Assembly: GCA_016720935.1 (NCBI GenBank)
Contig: JADKJP010000005.1
Span: 173,216-237,215 of the forward strand
DNA: 64,000 bases
Source: Bacteroidota bacterium
GTDB lineage: Bacteria > Bacteroidota > Bacteroidia > AKYH767-A > 2013-40CM-41-45
Reading direction: 5' to 3'
Position numbers and translations under genes: made by a program. The first letter of the stretch is position 1; every line of letters starts with the position of its first letter. Shown here piece by piece: positions 8,536-19,997 of this stretch. Under the pieces are notes generated by a model. That model was not told the origin of the DNA, made no database searches, and saw only the letters and a program-made list of their open reading frames with translations.

Positions 8536-10849
8536 TATGAATATCCGAATTTCTGCCTTTGTCATCGCTGCAGGATATCTTTATTGCTCCTGATTCAGGA
8601 CTAAAAAAGATTTTCTCATCCGCCTTCGCGCTTTTGTAGAACCGGTCATTCAGGTACCAAAAAACTGTAGAGACATCATTCGCGACTGTACAACCGAGTT
8701 GCAATTCGTTCCCGCTTCCCTTTTCTACCAAATACTCTTTATTATCCGCCAGAGAAGTGATCCGCGGAGGATGCCCGGAAAAAATTCGGCTGCATTCCGG
8801 ATTATGATCCGGAATTTTACGGAAAGCAATGTGTTCAGAAAGATAAAACGACATCAAATCCGGTTCGATATTGGGATAACGTAAGGTTTTGTATCCGGTT
8901 GGAGGTCTGCAGGAAGTACAATAGGATATCTTTTCATCCGGAGACACATCCACATTCTTCTCATGATCACACGTGACTATCGATGAAATGCCCGGGAGAA
9001 AATAATCGATCACGGTATGCTCACAGTCCGGAGCAGGAACTTTTCCGGATTCTGTACATACCAGACGGAAATCAAGAGCTTCCGGTTGAACAAACCAATC
9101 ATTACGCGCATTGTAATCAAGCGTATTGAAAAGTTCAAAGAGCAATGGTGTCGCCATTTCAGCTCCGCTGAGTTCCGGAATTCCTTCCCCACTGAAATTC
9201 CCGATCCATACTCCTATTGTATAGTTTTTATTGTAACCGATACTCCATGCATCTCTTCGTCCGTAGGATGTGCCGGTTTTCCATGCGATGCGTGGAATAT
9301 GCACCGCATTTTCCTGAATGAAAGATGGGAGCTCCGGCCGGTTTACCTGAGAAAGAATTTCCGAGATCATGAAAGCTGCAGATGCGGAAATCAAAGATGC
9401 CGACTGTCGCGAAGTGTCCTCACGAACATATTTTAATGGCGAATACCTGCCTTCATTCGCAAATGAGGAAAAAAGTCCGGTCAGTTCTTCCAGTTTCACA
9501 CCACAGCCCCCAAGAACTAAAGAAAGACCCAGTGTATTTTCTGTTTTACGCGTTTGCTCAAAATTAGCCAGCTTCAATTTGTCGATCATCGCCTGCAAAC
9601 CTATCATGTGTAAAGTTTTGACGGCAGGAACATTCAATGAATTCATCAGCGCGTTTTCGACCGTAACATTTCCATTGAATTTGGAATTGAAATTTTCCGG
9701 AGAATAGCCTCCGAAATTTACAGGCACGTCTGTGATGATCCGTTTTGGTGTAAGCAATCCCTCATCAAATGCCAAAGCATACACCAGCGGTTTTAATGTA
9801 GAGCCGGGTGAACGCACCGCAAGCACTCCATCCACCTGCCCGCCATGATCTGAATCACGGAAGTCAGGTGAGCCGACATAAGCCTCTACCATATGCGTGC
9901 GATTGTTTACAACCAACACTGCCGCGTTGTAAATTCCAAAACTATGGAGCCGCCTGCTGTAATTGGAAGTGAGGCTGAATACTTTTTGTTGCTTTACAGG
10001 ATCCAGAGTCGAATGAATGATGGGAACATTCGGAAATTTATTTTTCAGGCGGAATGCCAGATGCGGAGCAGCCATCGGCGAATTGGATCGAGCCGCATCA
10101 AGTGGCTCTGCAAGCGCGTCATCGATATCTTTCTCCGGAAATAAATGATCCGCCTTCATCCTGAGCAGCCATTTGTTCCGCATGGCAAGCAATGCATCCG
10201 AGTTTCTGCCCAAACGCAATGAACCGGGTCGGTTAGGAATAATCGCGAGAGTGGTTAGCTGACCAAGCGACAATTTATCCGGGAGTCTTCCGTAATACAA
10301 CAAAGCAGCTGCTTTTACTCCTTCAATATTGCCGCCATATGGAACCAGGTTAAAATACATCCTCAGAATTTCTTCTTTGGAGAATTTCATTTCCAGTTGA
10401 AAAGCACGAAAAAGTTCAACGCATTTATTGAGATAGGTTCGTTTACCGGGATAGAGCAAACGAGCGACCTGCATGGTAATCGTAGAAGCTCCTGAAGTAC
10501 GTCGGCCCTCAAAAACATTGTTTACTGCCGCCCGCATCACCGCGATTGGATTCACCCCGGGATGATAATAAAAGTATTTATCCTCCTTGTAGAGAATGGC
10601 TGTTTTCAAACGAGGACTGATCTCTGCAGGCTCTGCCATCATCCTCCATTTCTCATCTTTGGATAAAAAAGCCTGTAAGACAGTTCCGTCTTTGGCAGTG
10701 ACGACTGTGGCATAATCTATAGATGAATTCAGGGGAAAAAGAAAATTCAACAGAAAAAAAAGTATTGCAGGCAAAAAAATGAAAAATGAAATAAATCTCC
10801 CGATTCGGGTGGAAAATAAAAAATGACGGCATTTCCGGAGAAACGACAT
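8516..10849 (-). CDS. pbpC: Penicillin-binding protein 1C (GT51 transglycosylase + transpeptidase)
   Basis: GT51 motifs 'EDKYFYYHPGVN' and 'GASTITMQVAR', a transpeptidase 'STLKP' (SxxK) and 'KTGTS', and the PbpC-specific C-terminal domain. It lies immediately downstream of the alpha-2-macroglobulin gene on the same strand. Confidence 0.85.
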   Translation of the reverse strand: MSFLRKCRHFLFSTRIGRFISFFIFLPAILFFLLNFLFPLNSSIDYATVVTAKDGTVLQAFLSKDEKWRMMAEPAEISPRLKTAILYKEDKYFYYHPGVNPIAVMRAAVNNVFEGRRTSGASTITMQVARLLYPGKRTYLNKCVELFRAFQLEMKFSKEEILRMYFNLVPYGGNIEGVKAAALLYYGRLPDKLSLGQLTTLAIIPNRPGSLRLGRNSDALLAMRNKWLLRMKADHLFPEKDIDDALAEPLDAARSNSPMAAPHLAFRLKNKFPNVPIIHSTLDPVKQQKVFSLTSNYSRRLHSFGIYNAAVLVVNNRTHMVEAYVGSPDFRDSDHGGQVDGVLAVRSPGSTLKPLVYALAFDEGLLTPKRIITDVPVNFGGYSPENFNSKFNGNVTVENALMNSLNVPAVKTLHMIGLQAMIDKLKLANFEQTRKTENTLGLSLVLGGCGVKLEELTGLFSSFANEGRYSPLKYVREDTSRQSASLISASAAFMISEILSQVNRPELPSFIQENAVHIPRIAWKTGTSYGRRDAWSIGYNKNYTIGVWIGNFSGEGIPELSGAEMATPLLFELFNTLDYNARNDWFVQPEALDFRLVCTESGKVPAPDCEHTVIDYFLPGISSIVTCDHEKNVDVSPDEKISYCTSCRPPTGYKTLRYPNIEPDLMSFYLSEHIAFRKIPDHNPECSRIFSGHPPRITSLADNKEYLVEKGSGNELQLGCTVANDVSTVFWYLNDRFYKSAKADEKIFFSPESGAIKISCSDDKGRNSDIHITVRYY

Positions 10850-10964
10850 GGATTTGAAAATTAAAAACGGATGGTAATGGGTTTAGAATTGCAAAACGAT
10901 GTACCCTTCCGGCAGACAGGAACAAAAGATACCTGTCTGCAGGATCGGGATAGCTTAATGAACA

Positions 10965-13900
10965 TCAACGAATATCGACAATACCGGAACCACTGTAAGA
11001 ATGGTATTCGCCATTGTACATCGCGTCAGCGCTGACGGGTCCCATTCTGAAATTACCCGGGGTGACGGCTCTGACGAGGTAGTAAAAATTCCTCTCGTTC
11101 TTGTCCACAGAAGTAAAGAAGTGAATACGATCATCGCGCACATCAAAATAATCCGGGCTGGACTGATCCTTTATCCAACTCATATCACGACTGTCGTTCA
11201 AACGGGGATTCTCAATTTCAAATCCTGCAGGGAGCATGTCGGTAACTACCACATTTTCCACATTTGAACGTTCCAAATTGGTCAGATTCAATTTGACGAC
11301 AATCAGATCGCCTTGTTTGATATTCTTCAACGAAGCAATGGGTTGACCGAATCGTGTCAGGAATGTTTTCCGTACAGAAAGGAATTTATCTTCTTCCTTC
11401 ACCTCACCGGCAGCATTCAGACCTTCCTGTTCCCAGAAATAGTAGAGATGTCCATTGCCTTCGACAGAAACAGTAACACTCTTTCCGGCAATTCCTTTTT
11501 TCAGGACCAACTCGGTACCGGTGAATTTTCCGATTGACTGACCATTCATGGTGACATCCGCATTGGCTTTGATCATCGAAATTTTACGGGTAAATTTCCC
11601 GAGAGCAAGGAATGAGTAAGCAGCTTCCTGGGTATTGATCCATTCATCTTTATTCAGCTGTTGCGACAGGTGACGCACCAGAATCGGTATCTGAGAGTTT
11701 TCCGGATCGGTATCAAGCAACACGTTCAGCACCATCGCTTCATCACGCAAATAGGAATAGAAGCTTCCACCAAATGATCGTTTCGATTGTTCACCCTGGA
11801 AAGCAGCAGGTATCAAAGCTGCAAAACTTTTACGGTCACCCAAAGCGAGATAAGTACAAGCTAACATGTAACGGCTATCCAGGCATAAATCCTGTGCATT
11901 CGATTTGAAATAATTCATCGAAGAGATGTCTGCCTTGCCATACAAAGCCATGAGATAAAGGGAGTAGATATTCTCCTTCGCGAAGATCTTACGGACCTTG
12001 TATCCCCCTCTTTCGTCATAATAACCATAGTCGTCATACATTGAACGTTCTTTCACTTTATTTGCCATGTAAGCAAGTGCACGCTGTATGGTGAGGTCGT
12101 TTACTTCATAACCTGCTTTACGTGATTCACACAAGAAGTGAATCGCATAATTTGTTCCCCACCAGGTTTCATCATTACCTCCCGGCCAATAACTCAATGA
12201 ACCATTATACAATTGCATACCTTGCAGTTTATGGATCGCTTTCTGAACATTTGATGACGGATTCTGATCGCGCATACTTCCATATTTCATGTTTTTCACC
12301 AGATCAGCATAATAAATCTGCGGAAAAGCTGTGGAGGTTGTCTGTTCAATACAACCATATGGATAACTGATAAGGTAAGAAAGTGGTCTTGTAAATTGCA
12401 CCAAAGGATTCTGGCTGATTACAAGCTTCGCGGAAGCAGTTGCCGGAATAAAATTATTTTTCAAATCGATGGTTTGGGTTCCGGTAAGCTCTCCGGAGTC
12501 ACTGATTTTAATTAATGATGTAACCGGCCTGACCGTGATGTCGGTTTTGTCGCTGAACGATTCATTGAACGCGGTAACATCCACTTTTATTCCTGCTTCA
12601 CCAATCGCAGCATCTGCGACAATACGGAAAATGACTCGTTGTTCGGCATTCGCGTTAATGGTCACTTTCTGCTGACTCTCTCCAACAATTTTCAAAGGAC
12701 CGTTCAACTGGATTTTTGCAATCGCTTCGGCTTGTTTTCCCGTTGTATTGGTGATGGTCACAGGCATACGTAAAGTATCTTTTGGAGAAAGGAAGCGTGG
12801 CATTGACGGACTGATAACAATCGGATCAGCGACTTTCATGTGTTTATCCGCGCTTCCGAATGATTTGTCTTTATATACACAAGCCATAATCCGGAGATCA
12901 CCGCTGAACTGAGGAATATCAATAGTATACTGAGCTTCACCTGCAGCATTTGTATGCAAAATCCCACTCCACAAAGCCACCAGTTTCACTCGTTTGTTGT
13001 TTAACGGATTGACACGTTTCGACATGTCAAAATCTCCGGACCCGTCTCCTCCACTACTTGAACGGTTCAATTTCAAATCCGGTAAAAGGTTGGGATAAAC
13101 ATCATAGGCATTGACAAGCAAAGCTTTTTTCTGATAAAAGAATCCATGCGGATCAGGGGTTTTATAATTTTTGAGTGCAAGAATTCCTTCATCCACCACC
13201 GCCAGTGTGACTTCGACATCTTGTTTCGGCAGTGTTTTGACTTTGATGGTTTGCTTTGTTTTGCTTCTTGATTTCTCCTCCGCTACGATCGTCACGGGCA
13301 GTCTGCTTCCTTCTTTTTCAACAAGCAATGGTAAAAATCCATGACCAACTGTTAGTGGAATGGATCCATCATCCAGACTCCGGAATAAAGTAGCGGTGAT
13401 ATACACATTTGGCATATAACTCTCTTTCACAGGAATGTCCAGAACAGCTGCTTTCTTATCAGTCGTCAGGTATCGGTATTCAATCACTTTATCACATTCA
13501 ATTGTCACCAGTAATTTACCATTGAATGGTGCTTTGAAAAGAATATGCGCCTTGTCACCGATGGTGTATTTGCTTTTATCCGCCTGGATATCCACCTGAC
13601 CTTCCGTGTTCACCTGGAAGGAAGTATTAGTAGTATATCCCCATCCAAAAGAATAAAAGTTCACTGCGACATAACGTCCGGAGCCCGGACGGGAAAGGCG
13701 TATTTCATATTCGCCGGATTCATTTGGCGTGTAAACAAAATCATAACCACCCGCCGCGAAATTGACAGTACGTTGGGTCTGGAGTATTTCGCGCTTTTTT
13801 GAAATGTACCGATAGCGACCGCCGTATTCATCTTTTTCGATTACGCTGTACCAGTCGTATTTTACCACCTGAATTTCCACCGGAGCGGCTATTCCCTTTC

Positions 13901-16391
13901 CGTTTTTATCTGTGGCGATCATCGGAACACGCATGGATTCTCCACGTGTTGTATAATAATCACTGAGCTTCATTCCATAAAAAACATCCTGCGTGTAGAT
14001 ATTGAAATTTTTAACCCGATTCACCGGTCTTCCTGTTTCATCAAAGACTGTTGTGAAAACCTTTGTATTCAACAAGCCTTCATCGGTCCATTCTTCGTTT
14101 GCTTTAAAATATTCCGAAGCCAGTCCTTTTTCATCGGTTTTTCCTTCGCGAACGTCATTGGCGGAAAGTGGAACTTTATTTTCGGTATGAATATCAAAAG
14201 CGTACCCGGGAAAATCCTTCGCTACAAATTGTTTACGCTGTACCGTGAATTGCATTTCGTATTTTCTTCCGGCGGCGGGCGGGCCAAACAGGTTCACTGC
14301 CGCGAGATTCACTTTCAGACTATCGCCGGGTTTCAAATCTTCCTTGCTCATATTCACCTTCACATCAATCCTGTCGGGTAGAAATTCTTCTACACTGATG
14401 TATTCGGAAGTAAGCAATACATCATTGGATGTAAATACTTCCACGACATAATTCCCGGTAATTGCTGCTGCGGGCAATTCAAAAGAGGATTCCAGGGCTC
14501 CCTGCTGGTTCAATGTTCCACGGATACTTTTGAGTTCCCTTCCATTTGGCATGAGTACTGTAACACGTACAGGAACTTTGCTCACATTTTCCCATTGCTC
14601 TGTACGTACAATTGTATTCAGATGTATTGTTTCGCCCGGACGATAAATATCACGGTCTCCATACAGGAAAGCCATCATGCCTGTTTCGTCAGCACGACGT
14701 CCGCCAACATCATAGCGCGAGTTGTTTACACGCGAATCCGAGAAAGTGATGTAATTGAAATCATTATCAAATTTGGCGGTAACCATGCTCACTCTGAAAT
14801 CCGCACCTTTGGATTTGATTTTACTAAATGCCGCGACACCATCCGAATTGGTCGTGGCCGTCATCAGGGTTTGGTTGTTGGAGCTGATCAGGGCAATTGT
14901 CGCCCCTGACAAAGGTTCAGTCGTCTTGATTGAGTTGGCGAAAACTAGCATATCATCATCGCTTTGCTTTACAATCATTCCGATATCTGAAATGGACACC
15001 AGCTTGGTCGCATTCTGCCATTGTTTTTCCGATGAAGCAACACGAACAAGATAAATTCCCTTAAATGCTCCCAGATTGTCAAAATTCAGATTGAGCAGCT
15101 GTACACCATTTTGTCTTGCCAGATCCTTGGATTCATAAGTTCGCTGGTAGATTTCATTTCCGAAATAGTCAAGATCATAGGTGTTATACGTGTAGTCTCC
15201 ATTGGAATTGTATTCGCCCTCATCATCATACCAGTAATCCGTATTCCGGCCCTGACGTAAATAGTGGAGGATATTGTTTTCATACACTTTCCAAACCTTC
15301 ACCTCCACTTTAGGAATACTTGAAATTTGCAATGCGACATTCCGTGAACTTTTTGTGGAAAGATAAATTCCCTTTGTATTTACAAACGCGATTGTCGGTT
15401 CCATTTCGCCAAATGGAACCTGGACAGAATAATTTTTTTCCATGGTTCCACCAAGAGAACCTTTTAATTGATTGGAGATATCGAGCTGATAGGAAGTTCC
15501 TCCGGTGAAGACTCCTTTCAGGTAAAAACCATTCTCTGAAACTTCGACAACAAATGGAACTTTCGGATTCAGTTTGATGAACTGATCAATATTTTCCGGA
15601 TCAACTGATTGTGTAGTATAAACATGGATCATTCCCTGTGTTCCTTCGTATTCACTTAAAGCCTGGGTGATTTCCAGTTTCTCAGGTGAAGGAATGAGTG
15701 TCGCAATTTGGGTTTTCTCTTTTGTGAGAAACTCGCTTTCAACGCATTTTAGTCCTTTTTCAATTTCAACACGGAGCTGCACAACTCCAAGAGAATCGCG
15801 GTTGAAGCCATCCACTCTGGCTGTCAATGTAGATGAAACGGCACTGGTTATAATTTCATAAGCGACAGGTTTATTGTCGACAAGCAAGCTCATGAGTTTT
15901 GCTGTACTAGCCGGGTCCACAGGATAATTGAAGTCAAGAGTAAGTTTCAAAGCTGCCTGGCCGGGAATCTTTTCAGAGAGCGCCCAATACCCTTTCACTT
16001 CCTGCAATTTCAGGTAAGGTGTATGAAAAGAAAGAGGCTTACCGTTTTCCAGACGGTATTTCATGCGCGTGTAACGCAAAAGGTGATCCGATAATTCCGC
16101 GGAATAATCTGTCGAAGGACGAAAACCCACAGCAGGAGAAAACACAAGTTCACGAACGGTGTTCCATTTGAATTTTCCTTTCACTGCAGGTGAAAAGTTT
16201 ACATAGGGAATCGTGTCCCAGTTGTTGAGCAATGAATCAGGTACGAGATCTTTATCAAAAGTAAAAATCAGGTTTTGCTGTTGTTCTATTTCATCGCCAA
16301 AGTTGCGGTTTGCAATACGGATTTCATTCCGTGAAAAACAAGAAAACAAAAACAGGCCGAGCAGGCTGAGCAGGAAACGAGTGCGTTTCAT
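10965..16391 (-). CDS. Bacterial alpha-2-macroglobulin family protein (MG domains, thioester region 'GCIEQT')
   Basis: About 1800 aa with a signal/lipoprotein N-terminus ('LFLFSCF'), repeated MG2-like domains, a thioester-like 'YPYGCIEQTTS' and the A2M receptor-binding C-terminus. The start was trimmed to the ATG at 16391 (MKRTRFLL). Confidence 0.85.
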   Translation of the reverse strand: MKRTRFLLSLLGLFLFSCFSRNEIRIANRNFGDEIEQQQNLIFTFDKDLVPDSLLNNWDTIPYVNFSPAVKGKFKWNTVRELVFSPAVGFRPSTDYSAELSDHLLRYTRMKYRLENGKPLSFHTPYLKLQEVKGYWALSEKIPGQAALKLTLDFNYPVDPASTAKLMSLLVDNKPVAYEIITSAVSSTLTARVDGFNRDSLGVVQLRVEIEKGLKCVESEFLTKEKTQIATLIPSPEKLEITQALSEYEGTQGMIHVYTTQSVDPENIDQFIKLNPKVPFVVEVSENGFYLKGVFTGGTSYQLDISNQLKGSLGGTMEKNYSVQVPFGEMEPTIAFVNTKGIYLSTKSSRNVALQISSIPKVEVKVWKVYENNILHYLRQGRNTDYWYDDEGEYNSNGDYTYNTYDLDYFGNEIYQRTYESKDLARQNGVQLLNLNFDNLGAFKGIYLVRVASSEKQWQNATKLVSISDIGMIVKQSDDDMLVFANSIKTTEPLSGATIALISSNNQTLMTATTNSDGVAAFSKIKSKGADFRVSMVTAKFDNDFNYITFSDSRVNNSRYDVGGRRADETGMMAFLYGDRDIYRPGETIHLNTIVRTEQWENVSKVPVRVTVLMPNGRELKSIRGTLNQQGALESSFELPAAAITGNYVVEVFTSNDVLLTSEYISVEEFLPDRIDVKVNMSKEDLKPGDSLKVNLAAVNLFGPPAAGRKYEMQFTVQRKQFVAKDFPGYAFDIHTENKVPLSANDVREGKTDEKGLASEYFKANEEWTDEGLLNTKVFTTVFDETGRPVNRVKNFNIYTQDVFYGMKLSDYYTTRGESMRVPMIATDKNGKGIAAPVEIQVVKYDWYSVIEKDEYGGRYRYISKKREILQTQRTVNFAAGGYDFVYTPNESGEYEIRLSRPGSGRYVAVNFYSFGWGYTTNTSFQVNTEGQVDIQADKSKYTIGDKAHILFKAPFNGKLLVTIECDKVIEYRYLTTDKKAAVLDIPVKESYMPNVYITATLFRSLDDGSIPLTVGHGFLPLLVEKEGSRLPVTIVAEEKSRSKTKQTIKVKTLPKQDVEVTLAVVDEGILALKNYKTPDPHGFFYQKKALLVNAYDVYPNLLPDLKLNRSSSGGDGSGDFDMSKRVNPLNNKRVKLVALWSGILHTNAAGEAQYTIDIPQFSGDLRIMACVYKDKSFGSADKHMKVADPIVISPSMPRFLSPKDTLRMPVTITNTTGKQAEAIAKIQLNGPLKIVGESQQKVTINANAEQRVIFRIVADAAIGEAGIKVDVTAFNESFSDKTDITVRPVTSLIKISDSGELTGTQTIDLKNNFIPATASAKLVISQNPLVQFTRPLSYLISYPYGCIEQTTSTAFPQIYYADLVKNMKYGSMRDQNPSSNVQKAIHKLQGMQLYNGSLSYWPGGNDETWWGTNYAIHFLCESRKAGYEVNDLTIQRALAYMANKVKERSMYDDYGYYDERGGYKVRKIFAKENIYSLYLMALYGKADISSMNYFKSNAQDLCLDSRYMLACTYLALGDRKSFAALIPAAFQGEQSKRSFGGSFYSYLRDEAMVLNVLLDTDPENSQIPILVRHLSQQLNKDEWINTQEAAYSFLALGKFTRKISMIKANADVTMNGQSIGKFTGTELVLKKGIAGKSVTVSVEGNGHLYYFWEQEGLNAAGEVKEEDKFLSVRKTFLTRFGQPIASLKNIKQGDLIVVKLNLTNLERSNVENVVVTDMLPAGFEIENPRLNDSRDMSWIKDQSSPDYFDVRDDRIHFFTSVDKNERNFYYLVRAVTPGNFRMGPVSADAMYNGEYHSYSGSGIVDIR

Positions 16392-16578
16392 AGGTTTGAA
16401 GAAATGAGGATGTGGGATTAAATGTAAGGATAGAATAGAAAATGTAAACAAGAAATTCGCAGAATAACGTGCCTGGTTTTTGGCTATTTTGGAATTCTAA
16501 AAATATTTTTTTCGATCTTCCGAATTGACTTAATGGAACGGGCAGTTCATCTCCGAAGGAGGATAGGAAAAAAAATTC

Positions 16579-16615
16579 CGGAACCGCATTTTAAAGCCGT
16601 TCCGGAATCCGGAGA
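16579..16615 (-). terminator. Hairpin terminator downstream of aspS
   Basis: 9-bp inverted repeat 'TTCCGGAAC...GTTCCGGAA' downstream of the aspS stop. Confidence 0.4.
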
Positions 16616-16629
16616 ATACCTTAAAGATT

Positions 16630-18378
16630 TCAGGATTTCTGCACACTGATCTGAAGTTCCTTCAGCTGCTCCTGTGAAATCGCGGCCGGAGAATCAATCA
16701 TGACATCCCTTCCGGCATTGTTTTTTGGGAACGCGATATAATCACGGATGGAATCAGCGCCACCAAACAGAGAACACAACCTGTCGAAACCGAAGGCGAT
16801 TCCGCCATGAGGAGGAGCGCCAAATTCGAATGCATTCATTAAAAAGCCAAACTGCGCCTGCGCATCTTCCGGAGTGAAGCCCAGAATTGCGAACATTTTC
16901 TGTTGCAATTCTTTATTGAATATCCGAATCGAGCCTCCGCCAACTTCAACACCATTGATCACCATGTCGTAGGCATTCGCCCTGACATTTCCCGGGTCAC
17001 TGCTCAGCAAAGTAATGTCTTCCGGTTTTGGAGATGTAAAGGGATGATGCATCGCGTGCCAGCGGGAAGTTTCCTCGCTCCATTCGAGTAAAGGAAAGTC
17101 CAACACCCAAAGTGCACGGTAATCGTCTTTTTTTCTGAGATCCAAACGGTTTCCCATTTCGAGGCGGAGCTCGCTCATTGCTTTCCTGGTCTTCTGTTCC
17201 TGGCCGGCAAGAATCAAAACAAGATCACCCGCTTCTGCCTGGCATGTTTCCATCCATTGCTTTAAATCTTCGGGAGAATAAAATTTATCTACAGAAGACT
17301 TGATGCTTCCGTCGTTATTGTAACGGGCATAGACTAAACCTGTCGCACCGATCTGCGGGCGTTTCACCCATTCTGTTAGTTCGTCGATTTGCTTACGGGT
17401 ATATTCCGCGCAACCTTTCGCGCAAATGGCGAGTATGGTTTCAGCATCATCGAACACTTTAAAGTTTTTTCCTTTGGTAAGTTTTGTGAAATCGATAAGC
17501 TTCATTCCAAAACGGATATCCGGTTTATCGTTTCCATAATCCCGCATAGCTTCCGCATAAGTGATTCGAGGAAGATCGCCGATGTTGTGGTTTTTTACAG
17601 TATCGAAAAGATGACGTACAAGTCCTTCGAAAGTATTGAGAATATCTTCCTGTTCGATAAAACTCATTTCACAGTCGATCTGAGTGAATTCCGGTTGACG
17701 ATCAGCTCGCAGATCTTCGTCACGGAAACACTTTACTATCTGATAGTATTTATCGATACCCGCAACCATCAGCAGCTGTTTGAATGTTTGCGGTGATTGT
17801 GGCAGGGCATAAAACTCACCTGGGTTCATCCGTGAAGGGACAACAAAATCACGTGCGCCTTCAGGAGTGGATTTGATCAGGACCGGAGTTTCGATTTCTA
17901 CAAAACTTTCTTTGTTCAGATAATTTCTTGTTTCTGCCGCGACTCTTGCACGAAGCAGGAGCGCTTCCTTCACAGGTGAACGACGGATGTCGAGGTAACG
18001 GTATTTCATTCTCAGGTCTTCACCACCATCTGTGTTTTCTTCAATGGTGAAAGGAGGAGTTTTGGCTTCGTTTAAAATTTCGAAGGAGTCGACAAGTATT
18101 TCAATGTCACCTGTCGACATTTTCGCGTTCTTGTTACTGCGTTCTGTTACCGTTCCTTTTACACGAATCACAAATTCCCGTCCCATTTTCCGGGCGGACT
18201 CACACAAAGCGGCATTGGTTTCCATATTGAAAACCAACTGAGTAATACCATAGCGATCGCGCAGGTCGATGAATGTCATTCCTCCCAGATCACGGGAACG
18301 CTGCAGCCAGCCACAGAGAATTACTGATTTTCCGGTGTTTGCAAGCGTTAATTCGCCGCAGGTATGGGTACGTAACAT
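16630..18378 (-). CDS. aspS: Aspartate--tRNA ligase
   Basis: 582 aa. N-terminal OB anticodon-binding domain, the bacterial-type insertion domain, and class II motifs ('[18 protein letters not shown]', 'GGGSIR'). Confidence 0.95.
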   Translation of the reverse strand: MLRTHTCGELTLANTGKSVILCGWLQRSRDLGGMTFIDLRDRYGITQLVFNMETNAALCESARKMGREFVIRVKGTVTERSNKNAKMSTGDIEILVDSFEILNEAKTPPFTIEENTDGGEDLRMKYRYLDIRRSPVKEALLLRARVAAETRNYLNKESFVEIETPVLIKSTPEGARDFVVPSRMNPGEFYALPQSPQTFKQLLMVAGIDKYYQIVKCFRDEDLRADRQPEFTQIDCEMSFIEQEDILNTFEGLVRHLFDTVKNHNIGDLPRITYAEAMRDYGNDKPDIRFGMKLIDFTKLTKGKNFKVFDDAETILAICAKGCAEYTRKQIDELTEWVKRPQIGATGLVYARYNNDGSIKSSVDKFYSPEDLKQWMETCQAEAGDLVLILAGQEQKTRKAMSELRLEMGNRLDLRKKDDYRALWVLDFPLLEWSEETSRWHAMHHPFTSPKPEDITLLSSDPGNVRANAYDMVINGVEVGGGSIRIFNKELQQKMFAILGFTPEDAQAQFGFLMNAFEFGAPPHGGIAFGFDRLCSLFGGADSIRDYIAFPKNNAGRDVMIDSPAAISQEQLKELQISVQKS

Positions 18379-18423
18379 ATAAAATAATGATTTATAGAGC
18401 GAAGGTAGAAATATTTCGCGGGA

Positions 18424-18462
18424 GGTATAAAAAAACGGGAGGCCCTTGGGAGGCCTCCCGTT
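18424..18462 (-). terminator. Rho-independent terminator of the OMP gene
   Basis: On the minus strand, 'CGGGAGGCCcaaGGGCCTCCCG' is followed by a T7 run. Confidence 0.7.
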
Positions 18463-18482
18463 CTGTTTTTCAGTTATTGAAA

Positions 18483-19247
18483 TCAGAATCCGATTTGAAT
18501 TCCAACATTGAGGCCGATGCTTCCGAATGGAACATAATGTTTCAATCCGGTATTTGGATTAGATGCAACATCGCTGTCATCAAGAGTGATCGCAGGATCA
18601 AGAGTTTGTCCGTCACTGCGCGCTGTATTCTCAGCTTTATCAGGACCGTAAGTTTGGTTGATGGAGATCAACTCAGTGTTCAGTTTAATTTTATCACTCA
18701 GTTCAAAACCAATACCGAAAGCGCCATACCATCCGAAGGAGCTTCCGCCGGAATATTCATATTCGTATGTACCGGAAAATCCTGCTCCAGTGTAGGTGTC
18801 TTTTTCTTTAATTTTTCCGCCAACACCAACAACAAGACCAAATCTTCCATAAGGGCTCATTGATTTATCATCGCCTGCGGAAACTTTAATTCCGGGCATT
18901 ATACGCATCATGCTACCTTTGATTTTCATATCCCCTGTAGAACCTGTGGTAGAATTATCGGTAATGGTAAATTCTTTTCCCATCAAAAATCCAAATCCAA
19001 GATCAGCGCCAACATTTTCACTGAACATGTAATTCAGATTCAATCCGAAATTTAAACCTTGTCCATAAGAACCTTTTACATTTTCGCTGGTGGATGCAGT
19101 TTGATTTACTCCAATAACAGAATTACCTGCTCCGAGTCCATAGCCAACATTTACGCCGACATTAAATCCCTGAGCGGATACATAAATAGTTGTCGCCAAT
19201 CCCATGGCAACAGTTAATGCGATTTTTTTCATGTGTAGTGTTTTCAT
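18483..19247 (-). CDS. Outer-membrane beta-barrel protein (OmpA-like beta-barrel / porin family), signal peptide
   Basis: '[21 protein letters not shown]' signal peptide, Gly/aromatic-rich alternating strands, and a C-terminal '...GIQIGF'. The start is at 19247 or 19232. Confidence 0.6.
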   Translation of the reverse strand: MKTLHMKKIALTVAMGLATTIYVSAQGFNVGVNVGYGLGAGNSVIGVNQTASTSENVKGSYGQGLNFGLNLNYMFSENVGADLGFGFLMGKEFTITDNSTTGSTGDMKIKGSMMRIMPGIKVSAGDDKSMSPYGRFGLVVGVGGKIKEKDTYTGAGFSGTYEYEYSGGSSFGWYGAFGIGFELSDKIKLNTELISINQTYGPDKAENTARSDGQTLDPAITLDDSDVASNPNTGLKHYVPFGSIGLNVGIQIGF

Positions 19248-19559
19248 TGATTATGTTTTTTAGGTGGTTTGATAATAAAGTCGAAAGAAAACGAGTAAAC
19301 AAAGGTATTCTATGATTTTGTCATGCACAATAATTGCATAGTTTTATTCATTGAAAATTAAAGCAATATAAATATTTTTCCTGATAATTATCATGGACTT
19401 TTTGTTTATTGATCCATATGAAATCCTGAAAATAATGAATAATCAATTCTGCAAAAACGCAATCATCACGCGACTGGGATCTCCCTGACATTCCGACTAC
19501 CGGTCAATGTAGTCAATTATGTTGGGGTACACCTATAATTAATTTGTATTTTCAGCCTC

Positions 19560-19997
19560 ATGGATCCATTGCATCAACAGTTTATGAAAGAAGCTTACAA
19601 GGAAGCTCTTCTTGCATTAAAAATCGACGAAGTCCCGGTGGGGGCTGTGGTGGTTTGTCAAAACCGAATCATTGGCCGTGGTCACAATCTCAGCGAACAG
19701 TTGAATGATTCCACCGCGCATGCGGAGATGCAGGCATTCACAGCTGCTTCAAACTTTCTTGGAGGAAAATATCTTTCTGAATGTACTTTATATGTCACAC
19801 TAGAACCTTGTGTGATGTGCGCAGGAGCAAGTTTCTGGACTCAGATTGGAACAATTGTATACGGTGCTTCTGATCCGAAACGGGGATTTTTAAAAACCTC
19901 CAAAGAAATACTGCATCCAAAAACAAAACTGATTGGCGGAATTATGGAAAACGAATGTGCGGAACTGGTGAAAGAATTTTTCAGGAAGAAACGCTGA
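19560..19997 (+). CDS. tadA: tRNA-specific adenosine deaminase
   Basis: CDA-fold zinc motifs 'HAEMQA' and 'PCVMCAGA', about 145 aa. Confidence 0.9.
   Translation: MDPLHQQFMKEAYKEALLALKIDEVPVGAVVVCQNRIIGRGHNLSEQLNDSTAHAEMQAFTAASNFLGGKYLSECTLYVTLEPCVMCAGASFWTQIGTIVYGASDPKRGFLKTSKEILHPKTKLIGGIMENECAELVKEFFRKKR

Noticed and set aside
11001-15861. Multiple 60-104-aa ORFs on the plus strand inside the A2M gene (for example 11001-11267, 14595-14909, 14755-15054)
   Set aside because: They are antisense to a well-supported 1808-aa CDS. They are short, lack any motif, and are typical shadow ORFs.
18273-18863. 196-aa plus-strand ORF
   Set aside because: It is antisense to the outer-membrane beta-barrel gene and the aspS 5' end. 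It has no recognisable features and a low-complexity translation.
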